Source of the DNA: Candidatus Poribacteria bacterium | GTDB lineage: Bacteria > Poribacteria > WGA-4E > PCPOR2b | Length of the DNA stretch: 64,000 nt | Assembly (NCBI GenBank): GCA_965215015.1 | Contig: OZ244042.1 | Location: 2,080,001 to 2,144,000, forward strand | Direction: 5' to 3' | Shown here: one piece after another, positions 10,518 to 20,973 of the stretch | Layout: the number at the start of each line of letters is the position of its first letter | Position numbering within the stretch: position 1 is the first letter of the stretch | Position numbers and translations under genes: made by a program | Notes under the pieces: model-generated | Database searches by the model: none | What the model saw: the letters and a program-made list of their open reading frames with translations, nothing else | What the model was told of the DNA's origin: nothing

Positions 10518-10658
10518 CAGTCTGTCTCCTTTCGATAGATTCGTGAAATACTACATGATGACAACATCTAGGCAAGCCCAAGCATTTATGCTTGGGTCCA
10601 ATGGGTTAATTTTTGTTGATTTTTCCCGATAAATATAATGGAATAGGTTAGTCTTGCA

Positions 10659-10859
10659 ATGGAAGAATACAGCTGTGGTGCGTGTAGTCATACGCAAGAC
10701 AGAAACCTTAACGCTGCAATAAATCTCAGAACCCTCGCCGGGGGACACACGGAGCGGCTAAACGCTTGTAGAGATTCCGTAACACCTCAGCCGTCGAGGC
10801 ACGAATCATCGAACCAAGAAGATAGCACGGGACAATTGCTACTGTTCAGTCTATCATAA
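10659..10859 (+). pseudogene. tnpB: TnpB C-terminal (zinc-ribbon) remnant
   Basis: YSCGACSHTQDRNLNAAINL..LA....RLNAC signature; the rest of the gene is absent. Confidence 0.8.
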
Positions 10860-10901
10860 GAATCCCAATTTCTACACTAGGAGCAGCCAATCTACTGCTC
10901 A

Positions 10902-11297
10902 TTATAGGGACGGATAGGTTAAGCGATAAATCCAGAGGCCTAGAACAAGGATGATTCCAATCCCCGCGAGACAGTTTCGGATAGGAGCGGAGAGTTTTAG
11001 CCAAATATCTCGGAGCCAGATCGGAGCACATGAGATACCAAGGGCTAGCGGAACAACAAAAAACACAAACGGATGATAGTGCCAAGCTGCGGCGAATTTA
11101 CCCTGTACGAGAGAGACACAGGCGCGAGTCATGCCACAACCGGGACACGATATACCCGTGATGAGGCGAAATGGACACGGAATGAGCGTCATCTTGTCAG
11201 GCAATATATCTGACCATGCCGTGTATACGCTGACAAGGGCAAGTCCAATAAGGAAAATACGTGCAAGATGTATGTGATTAAACGTCTTCGCGCACAT
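10902..11297 (-). CDS. DUF2752 domain membrane protein
   Basis: CPFRLITGISCPGCGMTRA...A..YHP motif. Confidence 0.88.
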   Translation of the reverse strand: MCAKTFNHIHLARIFLIGLALVSVYTAWSDILPDKMTLIPCPFRLITGISCPGCGMTRACVSLVQGKFAAAWHYHPFVFFVVPLALGISCAPIWLRDIWLKLSAPIRNCLAGIGIILVLGLWIYRLTYPSL

Positions 11298-11661
11298 GGT
11301 AGAATCTGTTGATTTCCCACTGCTGGATTGCAAGAGACGCTATACCAATACCAAAAATTGCGAGCAAGACACAGGTCACCGCTAAGTGATTGCTCACGGT
11401 CAAACCGTTGTTAGCTTGAATTTCGTTGATTCCTACCGCCATCTTGTATTCGTAGTAAATGGCAAAGATACCACATGTTAAGATGCAGAGGAGTAACCAA
11501 AGCCCAAAACGATAATCGGTCCGTCCTAACCATCCGTTGAGCGTTTCCATCTGTTTGTACTCCCAATACAGAGAGTAAATCCCACAAGTCAGAAGGCTGA
11601 AAATGATTCCGAGTGCAATGCTTCTCACACCCTCAGCCCTCGGATACGGGTAATCCCGCAT
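11278..11661 (-). CDS. DUF4234 domain membrane protein
   Basis: Two L..LTCGIY/F...W/Y.YK repeats; GGAGG RBS. Confidence 0.88.
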   Translation of the reverse strand: MRDYPYPRAEGVRSIALGIIFSLLTCGIYSLYWEYKQMETLNGWLGRTDYRFGLWLLLCILTCGIFAIYYEYKMAVGINEIQANNGLTVSNHLAVTCVLLAIFGIGIASLAIQQWEINRFYHVREDV

Positions 11662-11939
11662 GATAGACCTCCTGCTTTCAAAATACGCTTATGTAAAGAA
11701 ATCGTGCAACAGAAACCGTAGGGGCAACCCTTGTGGCTGCCCTGACAAAAACTCGGTCGCTCGTAGCGTTCTGCTCTCTTTTTTATGCCTCCCGTAAGTC
11801 AGGTTTCCTAGCTCGACTGCGCTAATAAACCCATTTCACCTTTTCCGCTCTTGGTGTCTTCCACTTCCTTTCCGCATGCGCCTCAAAATATTAATGCAAT
11901 GAGTAGATAGGGAGCTCTGAATTAACGTAAAATCGCCCT

Positions 11940-12040
11940 CCCCTACCCCCTCAGTCCCAAATATCCACACGGTTCTTTTCCCTCCGCTTGCCCCCCTCCC
12001 CCTGCTTGCGGGGGGACCGAGGGGGGTCTTAGGTTCTTAA
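11940..12040. repeat. CCCC(C/T)GCTTGCGGGGGG palindromic module
   Basis: Related copies near 5036 (degenerate), 20396, 20756, 33726, 33858 and 47660. Confidence 0.7.
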
Positions 12041-12061
12041 AATAAATAGACATAAGCCTTC

Positions 12062-12796
12062 TCAGCGCCCATAGACCGATACGCAGTTGCTACTAGTAGA
12101 TGTGAATCGTTCTTGCCTCCAGCCAGCCCAACGCTGCTTCAAACGCAGCCCGGCGATGCGCGCCATGAGATCCAGCTCACTGGGCCAGGCGTATCGCTGA
12201 ACGACTGGGTTCAAGCGTATCCCCGCGGAAGAAAGAGACACGTGGCTCTCCTCTATCATCTGCCTCGCCATGTCATGGCGCAGCACATCGAGCCGGACTT
12301 CATCGACCCCGATAGCTTCCGCGTCCACGTATTGATTGTTGTGCAAACGATGGAGAAACGCGGGCACAAAGGCCTCTACCACAAAGCAACCGTCGTCGGT
12401 AAGATGGTCGGCGACATTTCTAAAGCAGTGGACCTGCTCGTCTTGCGACAGTAGGTTGAACAGCGTGTTGAAGACCAAGTATATCAAGCGATACCTGCCT
12501 TTGACCGCAACGTCGGCGAAGTTGCCCATCGTAACAGCGATCTGCGTACCACCCGGTTTAGCGCGCAACTTGGCGATCATCGCAGACGAGAAATCGATGC
12601 CCTCGACGCGGATTCCCCGGGCGGCTAACGGTAACGCTATCCGCCCGGTGCCGATTGCAAGTTCCAGCGCAGGCCCCCCTCGGGCTAGCTGCTCCAGGAA
12701 CGCGACGGTCTCCATCTCGTTCCCACGTTCTGAGACATCGTCGTAAACCTCAGTAGCAGCCTCGTCAAAGCTCATGACTGGCTTATATTTCTTCAT
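12062..12796 (-). CDS. class I SAM-dependent methyltransferase
   Basis: ALELAIGTGRIA motif I, GID.S..M. Confidence 0.92.
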   Translation of the reverse strand: MKKYKPVMSFDEAATEVYDDVSERGNEMETVAFLEQLARGGPALELAIGTGRIALPLAARGIRVEGIDFSSAMIAKLRAKPGGTQIAVTMGNFADVAVKGRYRLIYLVFNTLFNLLSQDEQVHCFRNVADHLTDDGCFVVEAFVPAFLHRLHNNQYVDAEAIGVDEVRLDVLRHDMARQMIEESHVSLSSAGIRLNPVVQRYAWPSELDLMARIAGLRLKQRWAGWRQERFTSTSSNCVSVYGR

Positions 12797-12920
12797 ATGA
12801 CGCGTTCCCTGAACTGATTCTTTAGAATATGAAACCAGCCTTTTAGGTGTAATAACATATTGACGCTATTAGAGAAGAATTTAACCCTTGTCAGCGGATA
12901 ATCGGTGACACTCTCAAGTA

Positions 12921-14591
12921 TTACGGTGTCCATGCGCGCGGGGCAATACCTTCAACGTGCGTTTTGACATCGACGACCACCGGCCTCCCCGCAGAAAAAG
13001 CCTGATCCAATGCGCTTGAAAGTTCACTGGGCTTGTTGACCGTAATTCCGAGGCAGCCCATTGATTCGGCGATTTTGGCGAAATCGGCATCCGGAAACAG
13101 CCAGAGCTCATCGGAACCAGCCGTGCGTCCCCCGTAGACAGACTCAACACCACCCTGTTCCTGGTTCAGAGAGTGATTGTTGTTGACCAGAATAACAGCA
13201 TTGATTTCGGATTTCACAGCGGTTTCCAAATCTGCTAGATGATACCAGATACCCCCATCGCCGGTGAAGCAGAGCACGGGCCTGTCCGGTTGGGCACATT
13301 TGGCACCCATCGCCGCAGGCAGCCCCCAACCGAGCGAACCAGAACAACGAATGAATATCTGATCGGGATGTTTGAGATCGAGCATCGTGCCAGTCCAGAC
13401 ACCGGAATGCCCTGTGTCGGAGACCAGAATTGCATCAGATGGCAGATAGTCGGTCAGCTCTTTGCAGAGGCGTTCCGGGCGCATCGGCACAATATCCGAG
13501 TTTGCTACTTCGCTAACGCTCGCTTTCCAGTTCCGAACCAGTTCCTGCACTCGGTCGATCCATTCTGCCCGCGGCGCAGCGGTTGCCGCATTTTCAATCA
13601 TGCGGCGCAGCGAATTTCTTATATCGCCCTGCATTCCCAGCTGAATTGGGTAATTGCGTCCTAACTCCTCCGGATTGATATCGAGTTGGATGATCGGCGT
13701 TCCCTGTGGTGGGATACTGTATCCGTTGGTCACCTGTCCCCCGGTATGACTCCCGATGAAGAACACCAAATCCGCCTCACAGACAGCCTGGTTGGCACAA
13801 GCCCGCGAGTATGAACCGGGTACACCGACCGCCAACGGATGATCGTAAGGGAACATCGCCTTCGCGTTGAGAGCGGTCGCAACCGGAACGGAGAGCTTCT
13901 CTGCAAGGGCGATGAGTTCGGCACGAGCCCCTGAAGTGGTCACACCTCCACCGGCAACGATGATAGGGCGTTTGGCATTGGTGAGCAGTTGGATGGCTTC
14001 TGTTACTGCTTCGATCTCCGCTTCCGGTCGGAAAGGCGGAAGCTGGGTAAAAGGTTCTTCGATGATGACTTCCAGATCCGCCTCACGATCTACAACCGCC
14101 TGTCCGGCGAGCCCTTCCAGATCCAAGTGTACCGGTCCCGGCGTGCCAGAAGTGGCAGAACGGAAGGCTTGACGCAGATAGACCGGGAGCTGTTCCGGCG
14201 TAGCAACAAACGCGCTATATTTGGTCACCGCCGAGAACGGATTGATGTGATCAACCTCCTGATAGGCGTGACGTTGTTGGTTAATCTGGTTCTCCCGGCC
14301 GGTAATAGCGATGACCGGCGAGCAAGCGAGGTAGGCATCTTGTAGTCCCGCAGCGAGGTTGACCGCACCCACTGACTGCGCCATACAGAGACCGGGGCCG
14401 CGGTTGACGCGGGCGTAGGCATCCGCCATGTATGCAGCCCCTTTTTCTCCGTGGGTTTGAACGCGTTTTATCCCCAGTTTTTCCATCTCCATCAACGCTC
14501 TAGGAGCGATATAGGGCATAAAAAAGACGTGGGTAATTCCGTAACCGTGGACTGTCTCTGCGATGAATTTACTTCCTGTCATTTGAGGCAT
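12921..14591 (-). CDS. thiamine-pyrophosphate-dependent enzyme (acetolactate synthase large subunit-like)
   Basis: HGEKGAAYMADAYAR, PGPVHL and GDGG...NN TPP motif. Confidence 0.92.
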   Translation of the reverse strand: MPQMTGSKFIAETVHGYGITHVFFMPYIAPRALMEMEKLGIKRVQTHGEKGAAYMADAYARVNRGPGLCMAQSVGAVNLAAGLQDAYLACSPVIAITGRENQINQQRHAYQEVDHINPFSAVTKYSAFVATPEQLPVYLRQAFRSATSGTPGPVHLDLEGLAGQAVVDREADLEVIIEEPFTQLPPFRPEAEIEAVTEAIQLLTNAKRPIIVAGGGVTTSGARAELIALAEKLSVPVATALNAKAMFPYDHPLAVGVPGSYSRACANQAVCEADLVFFIGSHTGGQVTNGYSIPPQGTPIIQLDINPEELGRNYPIQLGMQGDIRNSLRRMIENAATAAPRAEWIDRVQELVRNWKASVSEVANSDIVPMRPERLCKELTDYLPSDAILVSDTGHSGVWTGTMLDLKHPDQIFIRCSGSLGWGLPAAMGAKCAQPDRPVLCFTGDGGIWYHLADLETAVKSEINAVILVNNNHSLNQEQGGVESVYGGRTAGSDELWLFPDADFAKIAESMGCLGITVNKPSELSSALDQAFSAGRPVVVDVKTHVEGIAPRAWTP

Positions 14592-14701
14592 ACTGTTTTC
14601 TCCTATGAACGATGTGATAGGGCCCCAGTCTAGGGTTAAACAGCTTGCGATTGATAATCAGCAGGCTGATGAGCCGGGGGGTCTCATGAAACGATTTTTT
14701 T

Positions 14702-15490
14702 CTACAGTTTTCGTGGTGTGCCACCATCAATGTTTATGATTTCTCCCGTTATGAACCGGGACTCATCGGAAACAAGGAAAAGTACTAAATTCGCTACATC
14801 TTCCGGATAACCCGGACCCTCAAGTATCTGAGACAGATCGAAGATAGGCTTGAAAAAGTGATGGTCTCTGCCACCGGTTGCACCCGGGGTAAGGATTTGG
14901 CCAGGGCGTACGCAGTTGACTCGAATATTATGCTGTCCACCCATACTCGATGTGTACCGAGTAAAAGCCTCAACGCCTGCTTTTGCCACATAGTATGAGG
15001 ACGACGGTGTCCCGCCAGTTATATCATACATGTTCTTGCTAAATCCGATGACAGCGGCAATAGATGAGTTATTTACTATGGCACCGCCGCCCGCCTCCAC
15101 CATGTGGGGCCAAACCGATCGAGACATGTAGAAAGTGCCTGACAAGTTGACGTTAATTACCCGATCCCAGCCTTCATCTCCTTCGTTGGGGAAGTTCTCG
15201 CCGGCTCCTCCGCCCGCGTTGTTAAAGAGGACATTGATCGTGCCATATTTTGAGGCAGCCTCTTCGACTGCTGAATCAACGGCACTACTGTCCGAGACAT
15301 CACAACGGATGAACGTTGCTGCGCCTCCTTGACTATTTATAGCCTCTTCAACTTGAGCACCCTCCTCCTCCCTTCTTGCCATTATAGCGACTTTTGCCCC
15401 TTCTTGGGCAAAGAGATGGGCGGTTGCTTTACCGATACCGCTGTTTCCCCCTGTGACAATTGCAACTTTACCTGCTAGCCTGCCTGACAT
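14702..15490 (-). CDS. short-chain dehydrogenase/reductase
   Basis: TGGNSGIG, NNAG and Y...K motifs. Start at ATG 15490 after AGGAG. Confidence 0.93.
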   Translation of the reverse strand: MSGRLAGKVAIVTGGNSGIGKATAHLFAQEGAKVAIMARREEEGAQVEEAINSQGGAATFIRCDVSDSSAVDSAVEEAASKYGTINVLFNNAGGGAGENFPNEGDEGWDRVINVNLSGTFYMSRSVWPHMVEAGGGAIVNNSSIAAVIGFSKNMYDITGGTPSSSYYVAKAGVEAFTRYTSSMGGQHNIRVNCVRPGQILTPGATGGRDHHFFKPIFDLSQILEGPGYPEDVANLVLFLVSDESRFITGEIINIDGGTPRKL

Positions 15491-15539
15491 GATTTTCTCC
15501 TTTGCACACGACCCACAGTTTATCTGTTTGACATCACCT

Positions 15540-15917
15540 TCAGTCTTCATACTCAACAACGACGTCATCGCCCTTGATCTTAACTGGGTAGGTTTTGGCT
15601 CGTATCTCTGGATCTACCAAACAACGCCCAGTCGCAATATCGAACGCCCACTGATGCCACGGACAGCGCAAAATCTCGCCTAAACCATCAACGTTGATTG
15701 TGGAGCCGCGGGTAGAGGGCGGCGCATCGGTACTAACTCGACCACTGAGCTCACCGGTGCAGAGGGGACCGTTCTTATGAGGACAGATGTTGCGAACAGC
15801 GTAGAACGATCCATTGATGTTAAAAACACCAATGCCAGCCCTGCCCCGGAACGGTACAACGATTTTGCGCGACCCCGGTGGGATGTCCGCTACTTTACCG
15901 ATAACAACCCTTGCCAT
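15540..15917 (-). CDS. Rieske [2Fe-2S] ferredoxin
   Basis: CPH...CPWH motifs. Confidence 0.93.
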   Translation of the reverse strand: MARVVIGKVADIPPGSRKIVVPFRGRAGIGVFNINGSFYAVRNICPHKNGPLCTGELSGRVSTDAPPSTRGSTINVDGLGEILRCPWHQWAFDIATGRCLVDPEIRAKTYPVKIKGDDVVVEYED

Positions 15918-15919
15918 AG

Positions 15920-17086
15920 CTAATTCCCTGTGTCTAGCCGGAGCATATCGAGCGCATTACCGGCAAAGATTCGGTGGTGAAGATTATCCTCAAGCTTGGG
16001 GAAGGTTGTTACCGGATCATTCCAATCGAAGTGCGGAAAGTCTGAGCAGAATATCAGCGTTTCGTCCGCGTGTAGCATCTCCAACATCTGGTACATCTGC
16101 TCCGGTTTCTCCGGCTCGTGCATCGGCTGCGAGCCGATTCGGATGTGCTCCCGGAAATATTCGCTCGGTAGTCGCTTGAGCCACGGTGTCTGGTCGCGTA
16201 GTGCCTTCCAGTCTGTATCTAAATGCCACATCACAGAAACCGCCCAGAGTTGCTGCGCTTCGATGAGGGCAAACTTGAAATTCGGGAACTTCTCGAATAC
16301 ACCTTCGCAGATCAACGAGGTTGCATGGGCACTGGCAACCGTCGGGCGGCTCATTCGCGATTCCATATAATAGGTCGGATAGCCGACTGGGGTTGGTGTT
16401 GTTCTAGCTGCACCGCCGCCACCACCGATGTGGGAAACTACCGGCAGCCCATGCTGCTCGCACGCCTCCCAGATGGGATGGTAGAAGCGATTACCGAAGG
16501 GCATACTGGTACCCATTGGGACCATCACCGCAACGGTGTCCTTACGGTCAGCCAACCGATTGATTTCCTCTACCGCTTGGACCGGGTCTGAAGGCGAAAC
16601 GAGGATCGCGTTGACCACACGCTCGTCGCGGTCAAGCCAATATTCGATAGTCCAATCGTTGAACGCCCGACACAGTGCGGCAGCCCAATCCGGATCAGGC
16701 AGCCCCGAATATCCGTAAAAAGGTGGTGGACCCGTCAGCAACCCGTAGTCGATATTCCAAGGGTTCAGGTGTTCCTCTTGCAGAAATTCCAGCGTGAAAT
16801 TGAAATCGCGCGGATCGCCACCAGTATCCTTCTTCTCTCTGCAATCTGTAGGCTGCGCCCGCCCTTTCAGATCCGTGCGGTTGGTCCGAATGGGAATGTT
16901 GGGATAGCCACCCAGATGCAAACCTTGGTCTAGCAGATGCTCCTGATAGAATGTTGACAGATATGGCAATAATTGCTCAGGACGACGAAAGTTGTGGTGA
17001 ACATCACAATCGACAATTGCGACACCATTCTTGGGCTTGGCCGTCCAGCCCGGCGCAGTAATCGGTGCGGCCCCTATTTGGCTCAT
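15920..17086 (-). CDS. amidohydrolase-2 family protein, possibly an amidohydrolase-related dinuclear oxygenase
   Basis: DCDVH, SHIG and SDFPHFD motifs; 2-bp gap to the Rieske gene. Confidence 0.88.
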   Translation of the reverse strand: MSQIGAAPITAPGWTAKPKNGVAIVDCDVHHNFRRPEQLLPYLSTFYQEHLLDQGLHLGGYPNIPIRTNRTDLKGRAQPTDCREKKDTGGDPRDFNFTLEFLQEEHLNPWNIDYGLLTGPPPFYGYSGLPDPDWAAALCRAFNDWTIEYWLDRDERVVNAILVSPSDPVQAVEEINRLADRKDTVAVMVPMGTSMPFGNRFYHPIWEACEQHGLPVVSHIGGGGGAARTTPTPVGYPTYYMESRMSRPTVASAHATSLICEGVFEKFPNFKFALIEAQQLWAVSVMWHLDTDWKALRDQTPWLKRLPSEYFREHIRIGSQPMHEPEKPEQMYQMLEMLHADETLIFCSDFPHFDWNDPVTTFPKLEDNLHHRIFAGNALDMLRLDTGN

Positions 17087-17255
17087 ACAAATGCCTCCTT
17101 ACTCTTGAAGTCCGCCGTGGAAAATCCTAATAATTCCATTATAAGATACCATACATGGGGGGGCGGATCAACCATTTATTTTTAGGGGTAGGGATTTGTA
17201 CTGAGGAATTAGCTGCTTGACAAAGTGACCATATTATTGGATACCAGTGGATAGA

Positions 17256-17340
17256 TAGGGATATTTAGTTTTCGGTTTTCTCCCCGTCTGAGCGATGTGT
17301 CAGGATTCGGAAATCTCTCCTACAGAAGAACTAAATCCCC
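17256..17340 (-). mobile_element. MITE-like element, TAGGG(T/C)CATTTAATT family
   Basis: Reverse complement aligns with 49346-49485 (TTCTTCTGTAGGA...GAATCC.GAC...AGAAAACCGAAAA.TAAAT..CCCTA). Confidence 0.6.
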
Positions 17341-17590
17341 CGTTCCCCTCCCAGTGGTCTCTGACACGACCGATCCCCCATTGGCCAAAGGACTGACCGG
17401 TCGCTTTGTCTGCCAATTTGCCTCCCATTCCCTCATTCTCTCCATCATCGTTTTGTTAGGTCCCTGCGTCCGGCCGCCATGAGCAGAGCTGCTTGCTATG
17501 CCGCCACATCGCATAAGCCCTGCATGGCTTGCCATCCTTCTTTGTTACTGTGCACCGGCGCAACGCCTTCGCTTTTTGTGTGTATGCCAT
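17320..17590 (-). pseudogene. frameshifted Cys/His zinc-finger protein (HGG-motif type)
   Basis: GGAG RBS, then MAYTQKAKALRRCTVTKKDGKPCRAYAMWRHSKQLCS, with HGGRTQG continuing in another frame. Confidence 0.55.
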
Positions 17591-17792
17591 AAAAATCTCC
17601 CTGGAAACTATCTGTTACCCAGGCGTTGGACAGCTACCCAGCTTGACATCCGTGGGTAGACGTCTGCCGCCACGGCCGCCAATTCCAGGGACGTTGTGTG
17701 TAAAAACCGCCATGACTCCCCCAGATGTGGACCAAACGGAACCCGAGCGCATCGAAAAACTATTCGCCAAACTCAGAGCAACCATGAGACAT

Positions 17793-17843
17793 AAAAAAAG
17801 GGGAGTGTCCGCTGTGATGTGAGTCTCTCACCAGACACTCCCC
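17793..17843 (-). terminator. intrinsic terminator
   Basis: Minus strand GGGGAGTGTC...GACACTCCCC stem followed by a T7 run, downstream of the 17896-19038 gene. Confidence 0.7.
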
Positions 17844-17895
17844 TATCTCTGTTTATTCCCGCTCCGATAGATTCGGTTGCAAGCACGCTGCTGGA

Positions 17896-19038
17896 TTACG
17901 GCGAATCATCTGGATGCGTATGACCCTTTGGCGCATCACGGGAAGGTGTACCTCTACGCTCAAATCGCTGTGCAGCGTCAGGATCCATCTCCCTCAAGCG
18001 ACGAAGCCCCTCCTCCGTGCCATATTCGTCTATCAACTTAAGCAACTTAAGTGCCGTATCAAAACGATCGGGGGATAACCTCTCGCGATCGTCCGTTTCT
18101 TGACTTGGTACAGGGGGGAAATTAGACTGACGGGGCAATAGGCGATTTACCTCGCCGGGGAGGAGAGGTTCGGGCGAAGAGCTATTAAGCCACGCCTCAA
18201 CCTCCCCCGGTTTGATTTCTGAACTTACAGACAGAGGCTGCTCAACCTCATATAAGTCAGGACGAACAGCGTGTAGTAGATTCAGATTGATTCCTGTTTC
18301 CTCGGGTGTCATCGTTTCGTGGGAAAGTTTCACGATGAGTTCGTGGGTCGCAATCATCTGTTCAACCTCTTGCACAGAAGTTTTCAAAGTTTTCGCCCAA
18401 ACTATTTTTTGCAGCGCATATTCGCGCGCGTATTCATCGGCTGCTGTTTCCGGGGAAATATCATATCTTTCCCCATCTATCTCTATATAGTTACCCTCCT
18501 CGTCCTTGACGTTTTCGATATATTGAGGGGACACACGGTCCCCTTCCCGAATCTCCATGCCGGGAACGGCGAAGGTCTTGACAACCTCCCCATCAGGAAG
18601 TTCCACCCACTGTGACACGTGCTCATCATTAATCCAAGTCCCATCCGGCACGGGGGGGCGAGGTTGGCTTTCTACCCGCACCGCAGCGTTGGGATCCCCG
18701 TCACTGTATAGTGCTACTTCTTTGGGTGTCATTATCCTCACCTTCACAGGCTTTTTTGATTTACCTTCTCCAGAAGCTTTTTCCTGCCCCGTTTGGTCGG
18801 TGAATACCCCGCTTGTCAGGGATACAGTGTTACCTCTACTCTGTATGTTTTTTGAATCAGTTGAATCTACCCCCGACTGAGTATCTTTACCAAGGGATTG
18901 TTGAAATGACACCGATCGAGACATAAATTCATCCAATTCAACATGGCTTTGATATGCTCTATAGCCCCAATACAGAGCAGAAAGCAACGAAAGAATACCT
19001 GCTGCAATAAGATAGTGTGTGGAACGCCGCTTAAACAT
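17896..19038 (-). CDS. N-terminally anchored/exported hypothetical protein
   Basis: 380 aa, GGAGG RBS, N-terminal TM helix, C-terminal LIDEYGTEEGLRRLREMDP. Confidence 0.85.
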   Translation of the reverse strand: MFKRRSTHYLIAAGILSLLSALYWGYRAYQSHVELDEFMSRSVSFQQSLGKDTQSGVDSTDSKNIQSRGNTVSLTSGVFTDQTGQEKASGEGKSKKPVKVRIMTPKEVALYSDGDPNAAVRVESQPRPPVPDGTWINDEHVSQWVELPDGEVVKTFAVPGMEIREGDRVSPQYIENVKDEEGNYIEIDGERYDISPETAADEYAREYALQKIVWAKTLKTSVQEVEQMIATHELIVKLSHETMTPEETGINLNLLHAVRPDLYEVEQPLSVSSEIKPGEVEAWLNSSSPEPLLPGEVNRLLPRQSNFPPVPSQETDDRERLSPDRFDTALKLLKLIDEYGTEEGLRRLREMDPDAAQRFERRGTPSRDAPKGHTHPDDSP

Positions 19039-19398
19039 GATGATTACCTCCCTTATAATAGAAAAATGGTAGTTTAGGCAACTTAACCAGCTCTGTGGAG
19101 CTCCTGCTTGTTTTTTTGCTTTGAGTTGACCACTGACCGTGAATAAGGTGCATATGGGTAGTCACGGTATCTATTTTCGTTTTTGTTGTCGTTGTTGTAC
19201 GCGTTCGCCAAGCTGTTTTACATGCTGAGCACTTTACCTGTTTTGTGGTTTTCTTTGTTTCCCTTTGTACTGTTGTGTCAGTTATAGTCCGCTGTATAGG
19301 GGCATTCCCATCTCCACCGGCATCTAAAGCGTGAAAAGCCGCATACATCCCCAACCCAACAGCGTTACTTCCAACCGTCCTTTTGGTGTAAACATCAT
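19031..19398 (-). pseudogene. small Thr/Lys-rich putative exported protein, probably frameshifted
   Basis: GAGGAG RBS and ATG at 19398 (MMFTPKGRLEVTLLG) are out of frame with the 107-aa ORF that contains CSAC and Thr-rich segments. Confidence 0.45.
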
Positions 19399-19925
19399 TT
19401 TTCTCCTCACTGCCATCGTTTCGTTCTGAAAACAGAAAAAGGACTGCTTGGCGGTCATCTCAAATCGCTGCAGCCCTTCTATTTCAGATTGAAACCAATA
19501 ACATAAAGAGTTAAACTATTAGAAGATTGTTAAGTTGACAACTAACAATCAACGAAGCGATTTGAGGCACACACTCAATCGTTTCTGGGAGCTCCGAGAA
19601 GAGCACTTGGGGCTCCCACTTTTCTGATTGATAAGAAGTACCTACCAATTCTATACTATTAGAAACGATTTACATTTGTCTGTCAACACTTTTTTGCACC
19701 TCATTTACCCCCATTTTTTTTATGGTATAGATTTGAGTTATTTTTATGAGTTAGGATAGTGAAAATAATTGTCATTAAGGGTGTTGGAGGGTATCTCCCC
19801 GGCAGGGATTGAGCCACCACCCACCCCACGCCTCAGCCACCCCGCGCTTTATCACCGTAATCAGTGAGTAGATTTTTGTCCGTGTGTTGAATGCTTTTGC
19901 CCATATCCAGATCTGAAGCGATTCA

Positions 19926-20351
19926 ATACCAGAGCTCGCCCAAGCAATCGAAAAGCCGCCATATCACTTTACTAAAGAGGAACTATGGAGAGCCTACGAG
20001 CAGTTGGATCGATCGAAAGTCAAGGGAGCGGCACCCCAAAAGCTGTTGACCGATATCATCTCGTTGGTCCGGTTTGCGATTGGAGAAACCGCAACACTTG
20101 AACCTTACAAACAGACCGTGGATCAACGGTTTCAGGGATGGATCGCCGATCAGAAGGAGACATTTTCGCAAGAGCAGTTGACATGGTTGGAGATGATAAA
20201 GGACCACATCGCCACATCGCTACGCATCGAGATAGATGATTTTGAATACGCACCGTTTCAAGCAAAGGGCGGGGCAGTCAAGCTGTATCAGTTGTTTGGC
20301 GATGCGCTAGATACAATTCTTGAGACGTTGAATGAGCGGTTGGCGGCGTAA
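19926..20351 (+). pseudogene. hsdR: type I restriction subunit R, C-terminal (EcoEI_R_C-like) fragment
   Basis: ELAQAIEKPPYHFTKEELWRAYEQLD...LTDIISLVRFA...F..EQ..WL.MIKDHIA...LNERLAA; no helicase or nuclease part upstream. Confidence 0.85.
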
Positions 20352-20366
20352 GGTAGAAACCTCAAT

Positions 20367-20973
20367 TAATCATGCTTGCTCATAAGCATATGCTGTCCCC
20401 CTGCTTGCGGGGGGGCTAGAGGGGGGTATAGATCGTGCGCCCTTTTCTGGTGTTGGTGTCCAAGATTTAACTAGGTGCGGCCTCTTGTCCCATCTCTCAC
20501 CTGCGCCCCCTATCTGTATCCATGTTTTCTGGGTCCTCCCTTTCCGCCAGGATTCAGACAATAAGAAACCTCCTCCCTCAGACCTATCTCAGCGTTTAGA
20601 TATGAACGTGAAGCCTCTAATCCTGTGAATCCTTAAATCCCGAAAATCTTGATTCAGACAATTAAGCGGCACAGGAGTCAACCGTCGCTCAATTACAAGA
20701 TATCATCAATGAACATGGACAACCCTTAATCATGCTTGCTCATAAGCATATGCTGTCCCCCTGCTTGCGGGGGGACTAGAGGGGGGTATAGATCGTGCGC
20801 CCTTTTCTGGTGTCGCATCTCTCGCCTGCGCGCCCTATCTGCCTCCCTTTCCGCCACGATTCAGACAATAAGAAGCCCCCTCCCCCCAGACCTATCTCAG
20901 CACTTAGATATGAACGTGAAGCCTCTAATCCTGTAAATCCTTAAATCCTGAAAATCTTGATTCAGACAATTAA
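20367..20973 (+). repeat. imperfect direct duplication (20367-20665 and 20727-20973)
   Basis: Both units begin TTAATCATGCTTGCTCATAAGCATATGCTG and end AAAATCTTGATTCAGACAATTAA. Confidence 0.9.

Noticed and set aside
20367-20973. Possible CRISPR array or DGR template/variable repeat pair
   Set aside because: Only two long units with indels; no regular repeat-spacer period, no cas or reverse transcriptase gene, and differences are not adenine-specific.
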